Positions 50,090 through 62,991 of a stretch of DNA of 64,000 nucleotides are shown one piece after another. Source of the stretch: Octopus sinensis (lineage: Eukaryota); assembly GCF_006345805.1 (NCBI RefSeq), contig NC_043016.1:27156001-27220000 (forward strand). Reading direction: 5' to 3'. Below the pieces are notes generated by a model. The model ran no database searches. It saw only the letters and a list, made by a program, of their open reading frames with translations, and had not been told where the DNA came from. A program made the position numbers and the translations under genes. The first letter of the stretch is position 1. Each line of letters starts with the position of its first letter.

Positions 50090-50463
50090 GGCCCCTGAGA
50101 TCGGTGTGAGGAGAGAGGGAGGAAAGAATTCTCAATGTGGAGATGGTCTGAATGCTTGCAATAAAGTGGACTTTGCTGAAGCTGCTCCAAAGTACTTGGA
50201 AATGGTGTTAAACTAAGTGATGGATTAAGTTCAGGGTTGGCAAAAGTGATGTGGTAGACAACGAAAAACCTGGCTCACAGTCAAGACTGATCTGGAACCC
50301 AACCTAGGACCCCATATCTATGGCGTTTGCCGCTGGAATAAGGAGTGGTTGGAGATCACACGGTCGTTAGTCTCAAATTGCCAGGTCTGGTCGGTGTTTG
50401 TGAGAGATGCAGCACTGAGGATGAATGAAGCCAGCTCAACCCACCCCGGATGAATGTACAATA
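50090..50463 (+). mobile_element. 3' end of a second RTE-clade LINE family
   Basis: Translates to ...KTDLEPNLGPHIY...WNKEWLEITRSLVSNCQVWSVFVRDAALRMNEASSTHPG*, resembling the recalled RTE ending W..VRDA....GSTRPG*. Confidence 0.6.
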
Positions 50464-50779
50464 GGATTTCAACTCAGAACATAGAAACAGGATAGATATC
50501 ACTTTGGTATCTGGCGTGACATTCTTACAGTTCCTCTAACTCACTGCCTTGGGTTAGTACTTATTTTATCAATCCAAAAAGAAAGATAAAGTTGACCTTA
50601 GCAGGATTTGAACTCATGAGTCAGAATAAATATCTTGAGATATTTGATCTGATATTCTATCACCTCTGCCGATTTGTTCCATAATGCAGATGTAGAGGAT
50701 TTAATTTTCAAGGAGTGTCAGACAACAAACTACTTATTAAAACTAATATATAATATTAGTCCCCTCTCAAAATTCCTTA

Positions 50780-51330
50780 TCTTACAAGTTACTTGGTGAC
50801 CCTGCCGGTGCTGATGTCAGTCCACACTGTAAAGTGGTTGGTATTTGGAAGGGCATCCAGCTGTAAAAACCTTGCCAAAACTGATCTTGCCTGTGCTGGT
50901 GCCAAGTAAAAAGCACTTGGTCCACTCTATGGGGTGGTTGATGTTAGGAAGGGCATTTGGCCATAAAGACCTTGCCAAAATAGATACAGAAATCTGGTAT
51001 GAAGGCGGCGAGCTGGCAGAAACATTAGCACACCAGGCGAAATGCTTTACAGTATTTTGTCTGCCGCTACGTTCTGAGTTCAAATTCCACCGAGGTCGAC
51101 TTTGCCTTTCATCCTTTTGGGGTTGATTAAATAAGTACCAGTTATGCACTGGAGTCGATGTAATCAACTTGATCCTTTTGTCTGTCCTTGTTTGTCCCCT
51201 CTACGTTTGGCCCCTTGTGGGCAATAAAGAAATAAGAAATCTGGTACAGTCTTCTGCCTGGCCGGCTTCTGTCAAACTGTCCAATCCATTCCTGCATGGA
51301 AGGCAGATGTTAAACAATGATGATGATTTC
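50780..51330 (+). mobile_element. RTE 3' end interrupted by a family B SINE. Similar short RTE-type ends occur at about 1522-1930, 21115-21310, 25290-25490, 30650-31100, 34630-34860, 45030-45190, 46140-46370, 54960-55200, 58650-58850, 60120-60340 and 63110-63290
   Basis: GGAAGGGCATCCAGCTGTA(G)AAA / CATGC.AGCATGGAAAA..GGACGTTAAA-(GAT)n motifs. Confidence 0.7.
51000..51234 (+). mobile_element. SINE family B nested in an RTE 3' fragment
   Basis: Full copy with a 12-bp TSD AGAAATCTGGTA (50988-50999, 51235-51246). Confidence 0.92.
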
Positions 51331-52179
51331 TTCTTCACTTAGTATATAACCAACTTAACAGAAGAAAAAGAATAATCTCGATACATAAAAGTCAATGTAT
51401 ATATGTATCTATGATTATGCATATATGTTCCAAGATGTGGATTGCACACTGTGACATTTTCTGAGAATTGAAAAAGGAATTGCTTGGATGCAATAATTCT
51501 GAGTGAATCAAATGAAGATTGCAGATATCTTTTTAAAGTTAATTTATCCCAAAATATAGTAAATTCATGAGAATGTATTTACTTCAGACATTATGCAGGA
51601 AAAAATGTATATAGCTGCTAGTAAATAATACTTTCAACCTCATCACATTATAGCATTTATTTCATTAATCATGAATAGTTAGACATTAAAGCAAGTTTTA
51701 AACTAAAAGAATCACTGTAGACATGTCATCAGGATACAATATAATGGCTATATTTTGTCATGACACCAACATTGGTGAGGCTGCCGGGTTTCCTGCAAGA
51801 CTAAAATATCTTTTCCTTATTGTCAACATTTGTTCAAAGCAAACCTGATGAAGAGGGTGAATAAAAGAGAAAGTGACAATAATTATAGAAATTAAATGCA
51901 ACTACTGCTACTGACAAGCAGCAGTAGCAATAACAGCAGTGATGGTGGTGATAGTGGCCATAATAAACACTGGTTTTAACTACCTGTAAAACTCAAACCG
52001 GTATAACTGGTGACACATTGAAAGCTACTACTGTAATAACGATAATTGTTTCTAACATAAGTACAAGGCCTGAGATTTGATGAGAGGAAAATAGTCAATT
52101 ATACTGGTCCAAAATTCAACCATGGTACACTTTTGATTAATAATAATAATAATAATAATGATAACAATGATGATGATAG

Positions 52180-52670
52180 GCATCATAAAAGGAATACAAA
52201 AGGAAGTATGTTAACAAAGGAATACAAAAGAGGCATGATAAGAAAGGAATACCAAAGGGGACATGATAAGAAAGGAATACAAAAGGGGACATAAGAAAGG
52301 AATACAAAAGGAGACATGATAAAGGAATACGAAAGGGGACATGATAAGAAAGGAATACGAAAGGGGACATGATAAGAAAGGAATACAAAAGGGGACATGA
52401 TAAGAAAGGAATACAAAAGGGGACATGATAAGAAAGGAATACAAAAGGGGACATGATAAGAAAGGAATACAAAAGGGGACATGATAAGAAAGGAATACAA
52501 AAGGAGACATGATAAGAAAGGAATACAAAAGGAGACATAAGATGGGAATACAAAAGGGGACATAAGAAAGGAATACAAAAGGAGGCATGATAACAAAGGA
52601 ATATAAAAAAAAGCATAACAAAAGAATACAAAAGGAGGTACAACAATAAAAGGAATACTATAGGAAGCAT
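52180..52670. repeat. 28-bp minisatellite (ACATGATAAGAAAGGAATACAAAAGGGG)n, about 17 units
   Basis: Head-to-tail units, best conserved centrally and degenerate at both edges. No spacers. Confidence 0.92.
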
Positions 52671-52674
52671 GGTA

Positions 52675-53227
52675 ACAGCTACATATGTCTTTGGAGGTTG
52701 TGTGAGAAGTACAGTCTAGAAAGGACACTGAAATGATATAAGCATATAAGATCTTGTGGAATTTACAATCCAGTGTGAGTCATTGTTTGATGCTCATAAG
52801 ACCAGGCATTGCTGTACTTGACAAACCAATGAAGGAAACCCAAGATCATGGATATTGCTATACCTGGGGATGTATGAATGGATGATAAAGAACTGGAGGA
52901 AATTAAGAAGTACAAACTACTAAAAGATGTGATTGCACTGAAGACAGTAACTGTTATCCCAGTAGTTGTAGGGGTTATTGGGAGCATTAACAACCAGGTT
53001 TGAGAAATTTGTTGGAGAAACTGGGATGGACATGAGAGTACAACATGCTCAGAAAAAACTGCTTCATTGGGGATAGTGAGGAATTTGAGACTGGTACTTG
53101 GATGTTAAATATTGTGGAAGAAGACCCTGTGAGACCCTTGACAACAGGTTTGTTGTCCACTCTTACAGAATTGACTGGAGCAAGTAAAATCGAGAGCTCT
53201 GAGAAGTGAAATGATAATAATAATAAC
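52675..53227 (+). mobile_element. R4/Dong-like (restriction-like endonuclease) non-LTR element, 3' relic
   Basis: Frameshifted segments: YVFGGCVRSTV/WRLCEKYSLE, KILWNLQSS, RPGIAVLDK, KIMDIAIPGD, VTVIPVVVGVIGSI. These match the RLE domain (KILWDF.IQ...RPDI....K...IIDIA.P.D...V.VIPVVVGALG). Ends in (TAA)n. Confidence 0.7.
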
Positions 53228-53643
53228 TAAAATTCAAAGCTGACTTTGGCAGAATTTGAACTCAGAATGTAAAGTGAATAATAGTAGTAATAACTTCTGT
53301 CACCAGCACAAATAAAACATAGTAAAGATATAAAAGACAATTTTAACAATAAAAAATAGTAATGATCTATTGAATTAAAAAAAAAAAAGAAATGGCACCA
53401 TAAAACAGTGTAAAACAGAAAATAAGTTCAATTATTAAGGAAATGTGAAAGGTCAAAAGTAAACAGACTGAAAGAGAAGAATGAAATAAATGCCATCCAG
53501 TGTTTGAAGTGAAGGAGTGCAGTAAAAGATGAGAGCAAGACAATAGAAATGCTAAGTGAAGATAAAGATGGAGTGCAATATATATGCAAGCAAAAGTTAT
53601 TCAAGAAGAATAATATGAGAGAGGGGAGAATTTTTACAAAAGG

Positions 53644-53713
<70 letters not shown>

Positions 53714-53890
53714 CATATACTATTCTGATATTGGTAGGATCAAGTAAAAGGACTCCATCCAGCAAAAATATACACAGGATTTAAATGTGAGCTACCATAA
53801 GATTTATTCTTTGATAACACTAATTGAATGAGCTTGTATAGTAGTCTTTCCTGAGCCTGACATGACACACTATATAAATTCATTCAATTA

Positions 53891-54112
53891 CAGCAATCCC
53901 TTGCCATATCGTGATTCACCTATCATGGTTTATTATTTAAGATTACATCGATTCCTTTGTGGTGTTGTTTTGCATTTATAATAAAATAAAGATATACAAA
54001 TTATAAAAATAATAATAAAAAATATACAGTACAGTACTGCTTCTACTTTGCGGATTTTCACCTATCGCAGGGGTTTTGGAACATAACACCCATGATAGTT
54101 GAGGGATTACTG
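53891..54112. mobile_element. Tigger/pogo-like MITE
   Basis: Imperfect ~22-bp TIRs CAGCAATCCCTTGCCATATCGTG / CATGATAGTTGAGGGATTACTG, with TA on both sides. Confidence 0.75.
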
Positions 54113-56309
54113 TACTGTACTACCAGGTCATGAAACTTATAGTTGCTCACATTTAAATCCAGTGTTTATTATTAAATTATATATACCTACAGAAAGAGAG
54201 AGAGATATATACACACAAAAAAAATTTCATCCGAAAGATGAATAAGTTTTTGGATGAATCAGGTTGAAAGCCTGTGGTAAGATTTCACAAAAAATTTACT
54301 AAATCATAAATTTAACAGGAGACTTTTATGAATATATATAAAAGATACACTAGCACACACACACAAGAAAATATTTCTACAGAGTGAAATGTGAGCAAAA
54401 GAAGATACAATTTGTCCACTTCTCCAGTTAGTATTTAACTGGGAAAGTTGAAAGAGAAACTCAACTCCTGTTCCAGTTGGAATTTGAAGTTAGAACATAA
54501 AAGAACATAACTAAATAAGGTACCAAAACACAAACTTGTAATACAACAAACTAAACAATCTGACAAACTGATACAATCCAATAATAATATTAAGTTGAAA
54601 TAATAATTATATGTTGTATTGTTTATTGTGATTCTAAATTATCTTAAATTATAAGAGTTCAATGTGAAAAAGAACATCATTTGTAAAAAAAAAACAAAAA
54701 AACTGAGAGTATGGGTGGGGGCAATTAAAGTAAACTATTAATTAATAAAGACAGTGGTATGCACATTCACAAAGCATGTTTCTCTCCAAAAATTTGTGAG
54801 ATAAAGGTACAGGTATGTTTTTATGGTTAAGAAGCTCCCTTTGAAACCACATGGTTTTGGATTCAGTCCAATTGCACAGAATTTTGGGTGTTTTCTACTA
54901 TAGCTCAATCAATGGCTTGTGAGTGAATTTGGTATACGGAACTAAAGGGAATCTGTTGTGCATACATGTGTGTGGTCTAGATATCACATGATGGTTTGAA
55001 ACGAGTGAAATTGTTTGTTATAAGTTTTCCTTGAAAAACATATCTGGCCATAGAGAAATATTACCTTGCTTGGAAACGGGTCAGAGTTGTCAACAGGAAA
55101 GGAATCCAGCTTTAGAAAATTTACTTCAAAACATTCCATCTGACCCATGGAAAAGGGGACATTAAAGGAGGATTATAATGATGATGACGTTGATGATAAA
55201 ATGGTAAGATGGTTTAATTCCTATTTTTTCTTTTACTTAATCTTTTCATAATTATTTTATAATGATACACACAAGATTTTCAATTGGTTTTGAAAATAAT
55301 GAATTTGGAAGGATTAAAAATAAAACAAGTAACTTGTTTCCATTATTAAGCTGAAAGTTTATAACTAGTCTTAACAAAAAGATTCTTATATAAAAATAAT
55401 AATAGAGGGGTTTAAATTTAAACAAAAACACTAAAAAAAAAAGAGCTAATTCTGTATGATAAGAATCAGGTGGTCTCAAGCAAGGAACTGGATGAAAAGG
55501 GTTAAGAAATCACATGACTTCTAAGTTTAAGCTGTCTGTACAAAAGACTGAGAACAAATTAGAAAACTGCACTATGAAAATACAAGGTTAAGAAAATGTA
55601 TAACCATCTAACATAAACACACCACTGAAAAGCATGATGCTGTGGGTTTTTCTGTCTGACAGAAACACATGTCAATGAAAAGCTTTTTCTCAGACAAAAC
55701 CCACATCATGCCTTTCATTCTCATCAGTCAGTGCAGGGACAATCTTGTATCACTCTGATATATACTGTTTTGTAACAAACACTCACACACACATACAAAA
55801 TACAACCCCCACCCCCCCAAAAAAACAATAGTAAGCCTTTCAATGGTGTGTATATACATTAGGTATGATACACAGATGGCTATTTTAATTGAAGACATTG
55901 AGAAAATGTTTTGAAATATCACACATATTTCTGAAGACTATTTTTACCTTTGGGAGTTTACAGTCTATTATAATAATTTGTTATAAACTTAATATGTATA
56001 AATGACACAGCAGTGGTTCCCAAACCCTCCTTGGCACTCAGACCACATTCCTAATGCCCCCCATCTCACCCTCCCCACCACTTTCAGCAGCAAATTCAAA
56101 ACAACCTATCAATATTTTATTTTACACCTATCACTCCATTATCATCCCACTTTTCTTCAACACCCCTGATATACAGGGATAAGTGTGTATAAACAATATA
56201 CACAGGTGAGTATATAAGCTGAAAATTTTACTAACCATTACTTCATTATAATGAATAAGATAGATACAACTTATTAACATGTATTGTCTGCACAATTGTG
56301 TTTGGTGCC

Positions 56310-56530
56310 ATAACATAAATAATCCTTCCTACTATAGGTAGGAGGCCTGAAATTTCGCAGGAGGGGGCCAGTTGATTATTATGTTGACACCAATGCTTGA
56401 CTGGTGCCTTGTTTAATCTACCCCAGAAGGATGAAAAGCAAAGTTGACCTTTATATGATTTGAAATGTAAAGAATTGGAAGAAATACCACTAAGCATTTT
56501 GCCTAATGTGTTAATGATTCTGCCCACCAT
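56310..56530 (-). mobile_element. SINE family B, older copy
   Basis: CCTTCCTACTATAGG..GGCCTGAAATTT..GGATGAAAAGCAAAGTTGACC body. Confidence 0.75.
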
Positions 56531-57131
56531 AACATAATAAACATAGATGAACATGTACAAATATATAGAAAAAAATATATATATACAAATATGTATACAT
56601 AATATACATTCATATTAATGAATACAATATGCAACAAAAAATATAAAATATATAGAGGAACTTGCTGCATGGGCATTAAATATTAGAAAGTGGTAGTGGA
56701 AATGGTGGTGTTCATGGTGATGGTGGTGGTTATTTATACAGGGTAGCAGTGATGATAAAAAAAAAAATGGGGATCTTTACATTCTAACATTGTATGAAAA
56801 TGACAAAATAATATTGGAATTTGTAAAATTTGCATTATAATAACAAAAATCCTTTACCAAAAGTGAAAACAACTACAATCTCATTTCATTGGGAATTTAC
56901 TTGCACTACAGAAAGCTGACTTTAAATTCACTCCTCATACTAACTTAAAGACATCATTGGGATTTAACAACTCTTCTTTTGAGAAATGTTTCCTTGAGTT
57001 TGGGGACAGTACAATATGAATGGATTTGAATTGTTGATCGCTTACAGCTTAGTTGCTACATACTCACTCAATTGAGCAATCTGTATCCCATATCAAATAA
57101 TATTAACTTGTCATGTTCTTAGTGACCAGTG

Positions 57132-57168
<37 letters not shown>

Positions 57169-59471
57169 ATGTGTGTGTGTGTGTGTGTGTGTGTCATGTC
57201 ATGTTCTTTAGGAAAAAACTTTATGAACCCACAAGCCTAAGTTTTTTAGACCCAGCATATTTATTTGTATATATTCATACATATATACAGAGATGTATCT
57301 AATTATAAAAGCACTGGTTCTAATAGTGTTTGTTCACTGGTTTGCTCCAAGTTGACTAAACATTAGTCCAGTATCTAAATTTTTTGGGGGAGGGGGAGGT
57401 ATTTAAAAAAGCACAAAATCCCGCTCTCCAAAAAAAAGAAAAAAAGAAAAAGAAAAATACATTAAGTGAATAACTAATTAATTAATATAAATTTTTAAAT
57501 GTTAAAATCCACACTGCAAATATAAATACCAGAAATAGAAGAACCCATGAATATAAAGCATCAACCTTAAATTTAAGGTGAATATATTTAATTCCAAAAA
57601 TTGTTTGAAGAACTTGAAGATAAATAATGTAAAAAACAGGCACCGTCAAATAGTTTAAACCAGAATAGTTTAGAAAGAAAGAAAAAAAAAAGAGACCCCT
57701 CAACAGGTAGAATTCTATCTGGATAATTCTTTTGTTTCTAAGGAATGTGAGAAAATAGGTCAGAGTGTTCTAAATAAAATTAGTGCATTGTTAGCTAAAA
57801 AATATAACATCAAATTTAAAGGGATATTGCTCTTAGAATATTTATTTTAGGTAAGAGGTTTAAAGGTTGCAGATCAAGTGTACTTACTGCTTTATCCTGG
57901 GAAAGAACAAAAAAACAAAATAATTTCATTATTGACTTTTAATAAGTGAATTTGGGCCAGAAATGTAATTTTTTTCATTTTTGTATTTGGTTTGCAAGGT
58001 TCTTGATGTGAATACATATGTTGAAACAAATTTTGTTGTATCTTGGTAGGGTCATTATGTTAATAATACTCACATACACACTAGTTCTACGTCACCTCTT
58101 TATTATTAGTCAATTGGTAAAGTGGAGTAGAGAGGGCATATCATTGATGAGGTTGCGAATGGTGACGAAAGGACTTTGACAACCATAACTGATTGATTAA
58201 TTAACCAAACAATCTATTAGTTAATTGGTTAAATAATTTACCAACTGAAAATTAATCAAGAAATGTAACAACTACTCTGTGTGTGTGCGCTTATGAGATA
58301 CAACCAAATTGTTATTTAGTTTTACCTTTAACAAAGTTATGTTTGATTCCTTTTTAAGTGAGTCCTTTTGTTTAATTTCATCTGAAGCGAATCTGTGTTA
58401 ATTTATCAAACCTTATTACACACACACACACAAAAAAAAAAGTCAGAAATTTCATAAATTATGAAAAAATGATTTTAAAAAAAAATATAAATATGCAATT
58501 GTGGTGTGAAGCACCTAAGTGTTCATTATTTTGCTATAAATTAATAATAAAATTTGTTTTCAGGAACTAGAGTATTTTATAAAATGGAATGAGGTACTCA
58601 TGTCTGATTGAACCGACAGTATTTATTTTTAACTATCCAAGATAATATGGAAAACAAGTTGTAAACGAGTATCACCATTATATCGTTGTTTGTTTCCAAT
58701 CCTCCATAAAAACATATCCAGCCATGCTGTAATATTATCTTACTTGGAAACAGGTGGGGCTTGGCAATATGAAGAACATCTAGTCATAGAAAATCTGCTT
58801 CAATCAATTCTCTCTGACACATGCAAACATGGAAAAGTAGATGTTAAAATTATTATGGTTGTATTTAATAAATATATCTTAAACTGAAAGGTAATAACCT
58901 TATTCTGCTTAAAATATTAGTAATATCACATACACTGTAATCAGAATTTTCCATTCCCATAATCCAGAACAGTATGAAATTTTTATTTTGAAAATTAAAA
59001 AGCTCAAACCATTGCTTTTGATTCTAACATTTTAAAGAAAACTTGGTCAAAAAATAAAAAATTTTGCCATCAAATTTTTCATATGGACATTGGACATTCA
59101 CTCTTTCCATGAATAAAGGGAGACTTTCACCAATTCCTCTAGACACAAAGATACCACTGTAAATGGTAAATAACATAGAAGAGGAAATGTAACTTACTTC
59201 AAGAAACAAAACCACATCACATTCTCACTTATAATAGACAGCTTCCAAAGTGGAACACCCCACCAACTTCCTTATATCTGTTAGTAATAAACATTACCGT
59301 ATGACTTAAAGCTATTCATGTTATTAACACTCACTATTTCTGCCTAAGAGATACTGGTGTTATAAAATAGTATTTGGAAAATTGTTGTACTATAATTTCA
59401 GTCGCTCAATGGAAGTTAAAATTCATAAAGTTGGGAATCACAAAAGGAAATTTAAAAAAAAAGTGATTATA

Positions 59472-59884
59472 GGCGTAGGAGTGGCTGTGTGGTAAGTAGC
59501 TTGCTTATGAACCACATGGTTCCAGGTTCAGTCCTACTGCGTGGCACCTTGGGCAAGTGTCTTCTACTATAGCCTCGGGCTGACCAAAGCCTTGTGAGTG
59601 GATTTGGTAGACGGAAACTGAATGAAACCCATCGTATATATGTATGTGTATATATATATGTATGTATGTGTGTGTATACGTTTGTTCCCCCCCCACTTCA
59701 ACATTGCTTGACAACTGACGCTGATGTGTTTACGTCCCTGTAACTTAGCAGTTCGGCAAAAGAGACTGATAGACTAAGTACTAGGCTTACAAAGAATAAG
59801 TCCTGGGGTCAATTTGGTCAACTAAAGGCAGTGCTCCAGCATGGCCAGTCAAATGACTGAAACCAGTAAAAGAGTAAAGAGTAT
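59472..59884 (+). mobile_element. SINE family A
   Basis: GGCGTAGGAGTGGCTGTGTGG...AAAAGAGTAAAGAGTA. Confidence 0.9.
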
Positions 59885-61595
59885 AACAATATTATAATAT
59901 GGTTATAATAAAGCTATCCTTATTTACATACACACACGAAGGTGTGGTTAAGAAGTCTGCTTCCCAACCATATGGTCTCAAGTTCAGTCCAACCGTGTGG
60001 CACCATGGGCAAGTGTATTCTATTATAGCACTGAGCTGACTAAAATCTTGTGTGTGGATTTGGTAGAGGAAAAACTTTAAAGAGCCTGTCATGTACCTGT
60101 GTATGTATGTGTGTGTGTATGTATGTGTATTCTTGCCTTGATATGTGATGGTTGTAAATGAGTACAACTGACATACAAGTGAGGATGTTTGTTACCAAAC
60201 TTCTGTGAACAATATGACCTTGCTTGGAAACAGGTGAGGGATGGTGACAGAAAGGGCATCCAACTGGAGAAAATCTGTCTCAATGAATTCCATCTGCTCC
60301 ATGCAAGCATGGAAAAGTAGACGTTAAATGACGATGACACACAAACCTTTACTAAAATACATACATACAGACACAAATTCATTTAAGTGCATGTGATTTA
60401 AAGAATGCTTTCATTTTAATCTGAGGTTGTTTATTGTTTTGGTTCTTATATTCCCTGAAAGTTAACAATTCCATTGAAGAATGCTGACATGCAATATTTA
60501 GAGAATGACATACATTTCAGGAGATGCTAAATAGAATGCATTTCTGAAGAAGATAAAAATTCTAGGATCCAAAGGAATAAATTTCACAAATTAAGAGCAA
60601 GGATTTAAAATATTGCTATAAATCATTCACAGGATGGTGTCTTGAAATGTTCCAATGACATATAGAGATGGTAAACTTTAGATAATTTTCAAATGATCTG
60701 GGTATATTCAAAAGTAAAGAGTGGAAACTGATATCATGGCAATTTATATCTTCCCTAAAATAAAGCTATATCAATGTTTAGTATAATCAGTGTGACATTA
60801 CAGAAGACTAGGTCTTTCGATTACACTGGCAATGACCTTAATTGCTTTTCATCACAGTCAAGATTTCAAAATTTAGATAGTTTACTTTATGTAGAGCAAA
60901 CAATCTGGACTTTTATATGTTTATGTAGAGTGATCCTGCAAGTGAAAGGTATCAAACCAACTAAAATAGATCAATTATTTATATCTTAAAAAAAAAAAGG
61001 TAAATGATTTCACAAACTAGAAAAGCTAAGACAGCTCGTACTTATATCTTCAGATACTCTAGAATTAAGAAGATGAAGGAGTACAGAGGTTTGGTAACAA
61101 TTATTCATTTGCCTGAAATTGGGTGTAAAGGATTAAGGATGCTGTACTGACTGTCCTTATACTATAACTACGTGGTCAGTTTACTTTCAATTAATTACAT
61201 TAGAGGTAGCTGGTACTAAAGACCATTTATTTATTACATGTGGACTATGATGACTAATTAGAGAGAGAGAGAGAGAAAGAGAACACTGATAAGAATTGAT
61301 GATAGCTTTGAAGCTTAAAACATTCAGTAAATATCACAATAGAAATATCAAAGAGATATAGAGAGAGGGAGGAAGAATGAAATAAGAGAATATAGATGGA
61401 ATCAGAGAGACAAGCAAAGAGAAAGATAAAAGCACTTAAGCAAGACTAAGGCACTTAGGCAAAAAGCAGGCATATACAAAAGATACAGGAAAAGATAGAG
61501 AGCAAGAAAGAGAGAAAATAGCAAGAGAAAGGAGAGAAAGAATAAAACAATTTTGTATAAAGTATGATCAGTGCCAACAGTAAGAACAGTAAGAT

Positions 61596-61599
<4 letters not shown>

Positions 61600-61666
<67 letters not shown>
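61600..61666. repeat. (GA)n microsatellite
   Basis: Direct reading. Confidence 0.95.
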
Positions 61667-61671
<5 letters not shown>

Positions 61672-61849
61672 ATGGGAAGGAGTGAGAATTCATAAATTTT
61701 TGAGAAAAAGAACATACAATTGTTAGAAACTAAACAAGAAAAAAAAAAATAATGATTAAAACTATATTATTGATTTATGGGGGACAAACTGACATAAATT
61801 AGCTACACAACAACAATAATATTGAAAAATGTAAATAAAATCAACTAAC

Positions 61850-61922
61850 CTTAAATATATTTCAAGTTTCACTTCCGAATCGGCAGAAAAGCTGTCACTT
61901 GTAAATCTTCCTTTACATTCAA
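61850..61922 (-). CDS. TRAPPC11: TRAPPC11 coding exon
   Basis: (V)ECKGRFTSDSFSADSEVKLEIYL(R) aligns to human [25 protein letters not shown]. Canonical splice sites, phases 1 and 2 fit neighbours. Confidence 0.92.
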
Positions 61923-62029
61923 CTGAAAATAGAACCAAAATTCATCATCACTCTCATAGTCACATAATTTCAACTTTTAAAAACGTGTGTGTGTGTGAAT
62001 TCTGACTGATCCTTACAAGCATGGAAAAG

Positions 62030-62600
62030 TCAATGTGGGTAGTGATTTTTCCTTTCTCTGTTTGAAGTTAGGGTACTCCTAATATTGTACCGCTGGTGGC
62101 TTACAAAGTTAGGGTTAGGTGCTGTATTTTGGGGTGGGGGGTGATGGTTCCGATTTTTAGATGGGTGTGAATCAGTGTTTGAGTGTTGTTTAGAATTTCG
62201 TATTTTCAGGAAAGGGTTGTTGGAAGCATGCTCTGTTTGAAAGATGGTTTCTAGTTTGAGAACCAAGAGATGCTTTTCTCCCAGCGTTGGAGGGATTTCA
62301 GTTCTTCTTTAACACAATTCTTTTTCCATAGTTTGGAGATCTTGTGAATTTGTGTTTCAGGTTCATCTGTAATGGCTTTGATCTGGAATTTATGTGGGAG
62401 AATTAATGGTGTCCAATTGAACCATTTTTCATATACATCAAAAGAGATATCTCAAGAATTCAATCACTACTACCATCCACAAGTCACTTTCAGGGCACTT
62501 GACCATTTAACATCCTACTACTATCATGGCACTCCCACATTCTTCTTCTTCTCCTCCTCCTCCTTCCTCTTCTTCCCTGCCAAGAATTCACAATGACCTC
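62030..62600 (-). mobile_element. Degenerate Penelope-like GIY-YIG 3' relic
   Basis: GEKHLLVLKLETIF resembles the GIY-YIG ending RE..WI.KL.T. Confidence 0.3.
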
Positions 62601-62864
62601 AAACCCACAAGAGTAAACAAGAGAGACAGAAACAAGGAAAATGCCCCTTGTGTCTGAATACTATGCAAATATTCTTTTGAAAAATTTTTCTTTGAATTTT
62701 TCCAAAATTTAATTGTTTCCCATACTTATAGTTGAAAAAGTCTCAATGACTGAAACCGGTACTGAAATGTTTTTTATAAAATTATTTTAGCATTTTCTAC
62801 CTTGACTTTTTTTTTCCAGATATATATATGTATGTATATATATATAAAAGAATTCAATACATAC

Positions 62865-62991
62865 CAAAAGGTACAATATTCTGCATTTCCACTCTGAACA
62901 TTCCAGTAGCGACATCACTACAAGTCCATAAATTACGAGCCTTTTCAACGCAGCCTGGTTCTAATCCTGGTTCTGGTTCAGGAGAGTCATT
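62865..62991 (-). CDS. TRAPPC11: TRAPPC11 coding exon (most 5' in window)
   Basis: AG/GT bounded. NDSPEPEPGLEPGCVEKARNLWTCSDVATGMFRVEMQNIVPF aligns to recalled human [22 protein letters not shown]...VQDFVPF. Phase 1 out. Confidence 0.92.

Noticed and set aside
52137-52728. ORFs of 136-181 aa in all three minus frames; CRISPR-like periodicity
   Set aside because: Produced by a head-to-tail 28-bp minisatellite with no unique spacers, in a eukaryotic context.
55710-55730. Minus-strand CUGAUGA-gaau-GAAA
   Set aside because: No room for stem II and no stem I or III.
56895-56945. Candidate exon VNLKSAFCSA resembling VQCKAKF
   Set aside because: Wrong phase. The true exon was found at 61850-61922.
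59198-59277. AG...GTAAGT-bounded candidate TRAPPC11 exon
   Set aside because: Stops in all three frames, and the flanking exons already join without a gap in homology.
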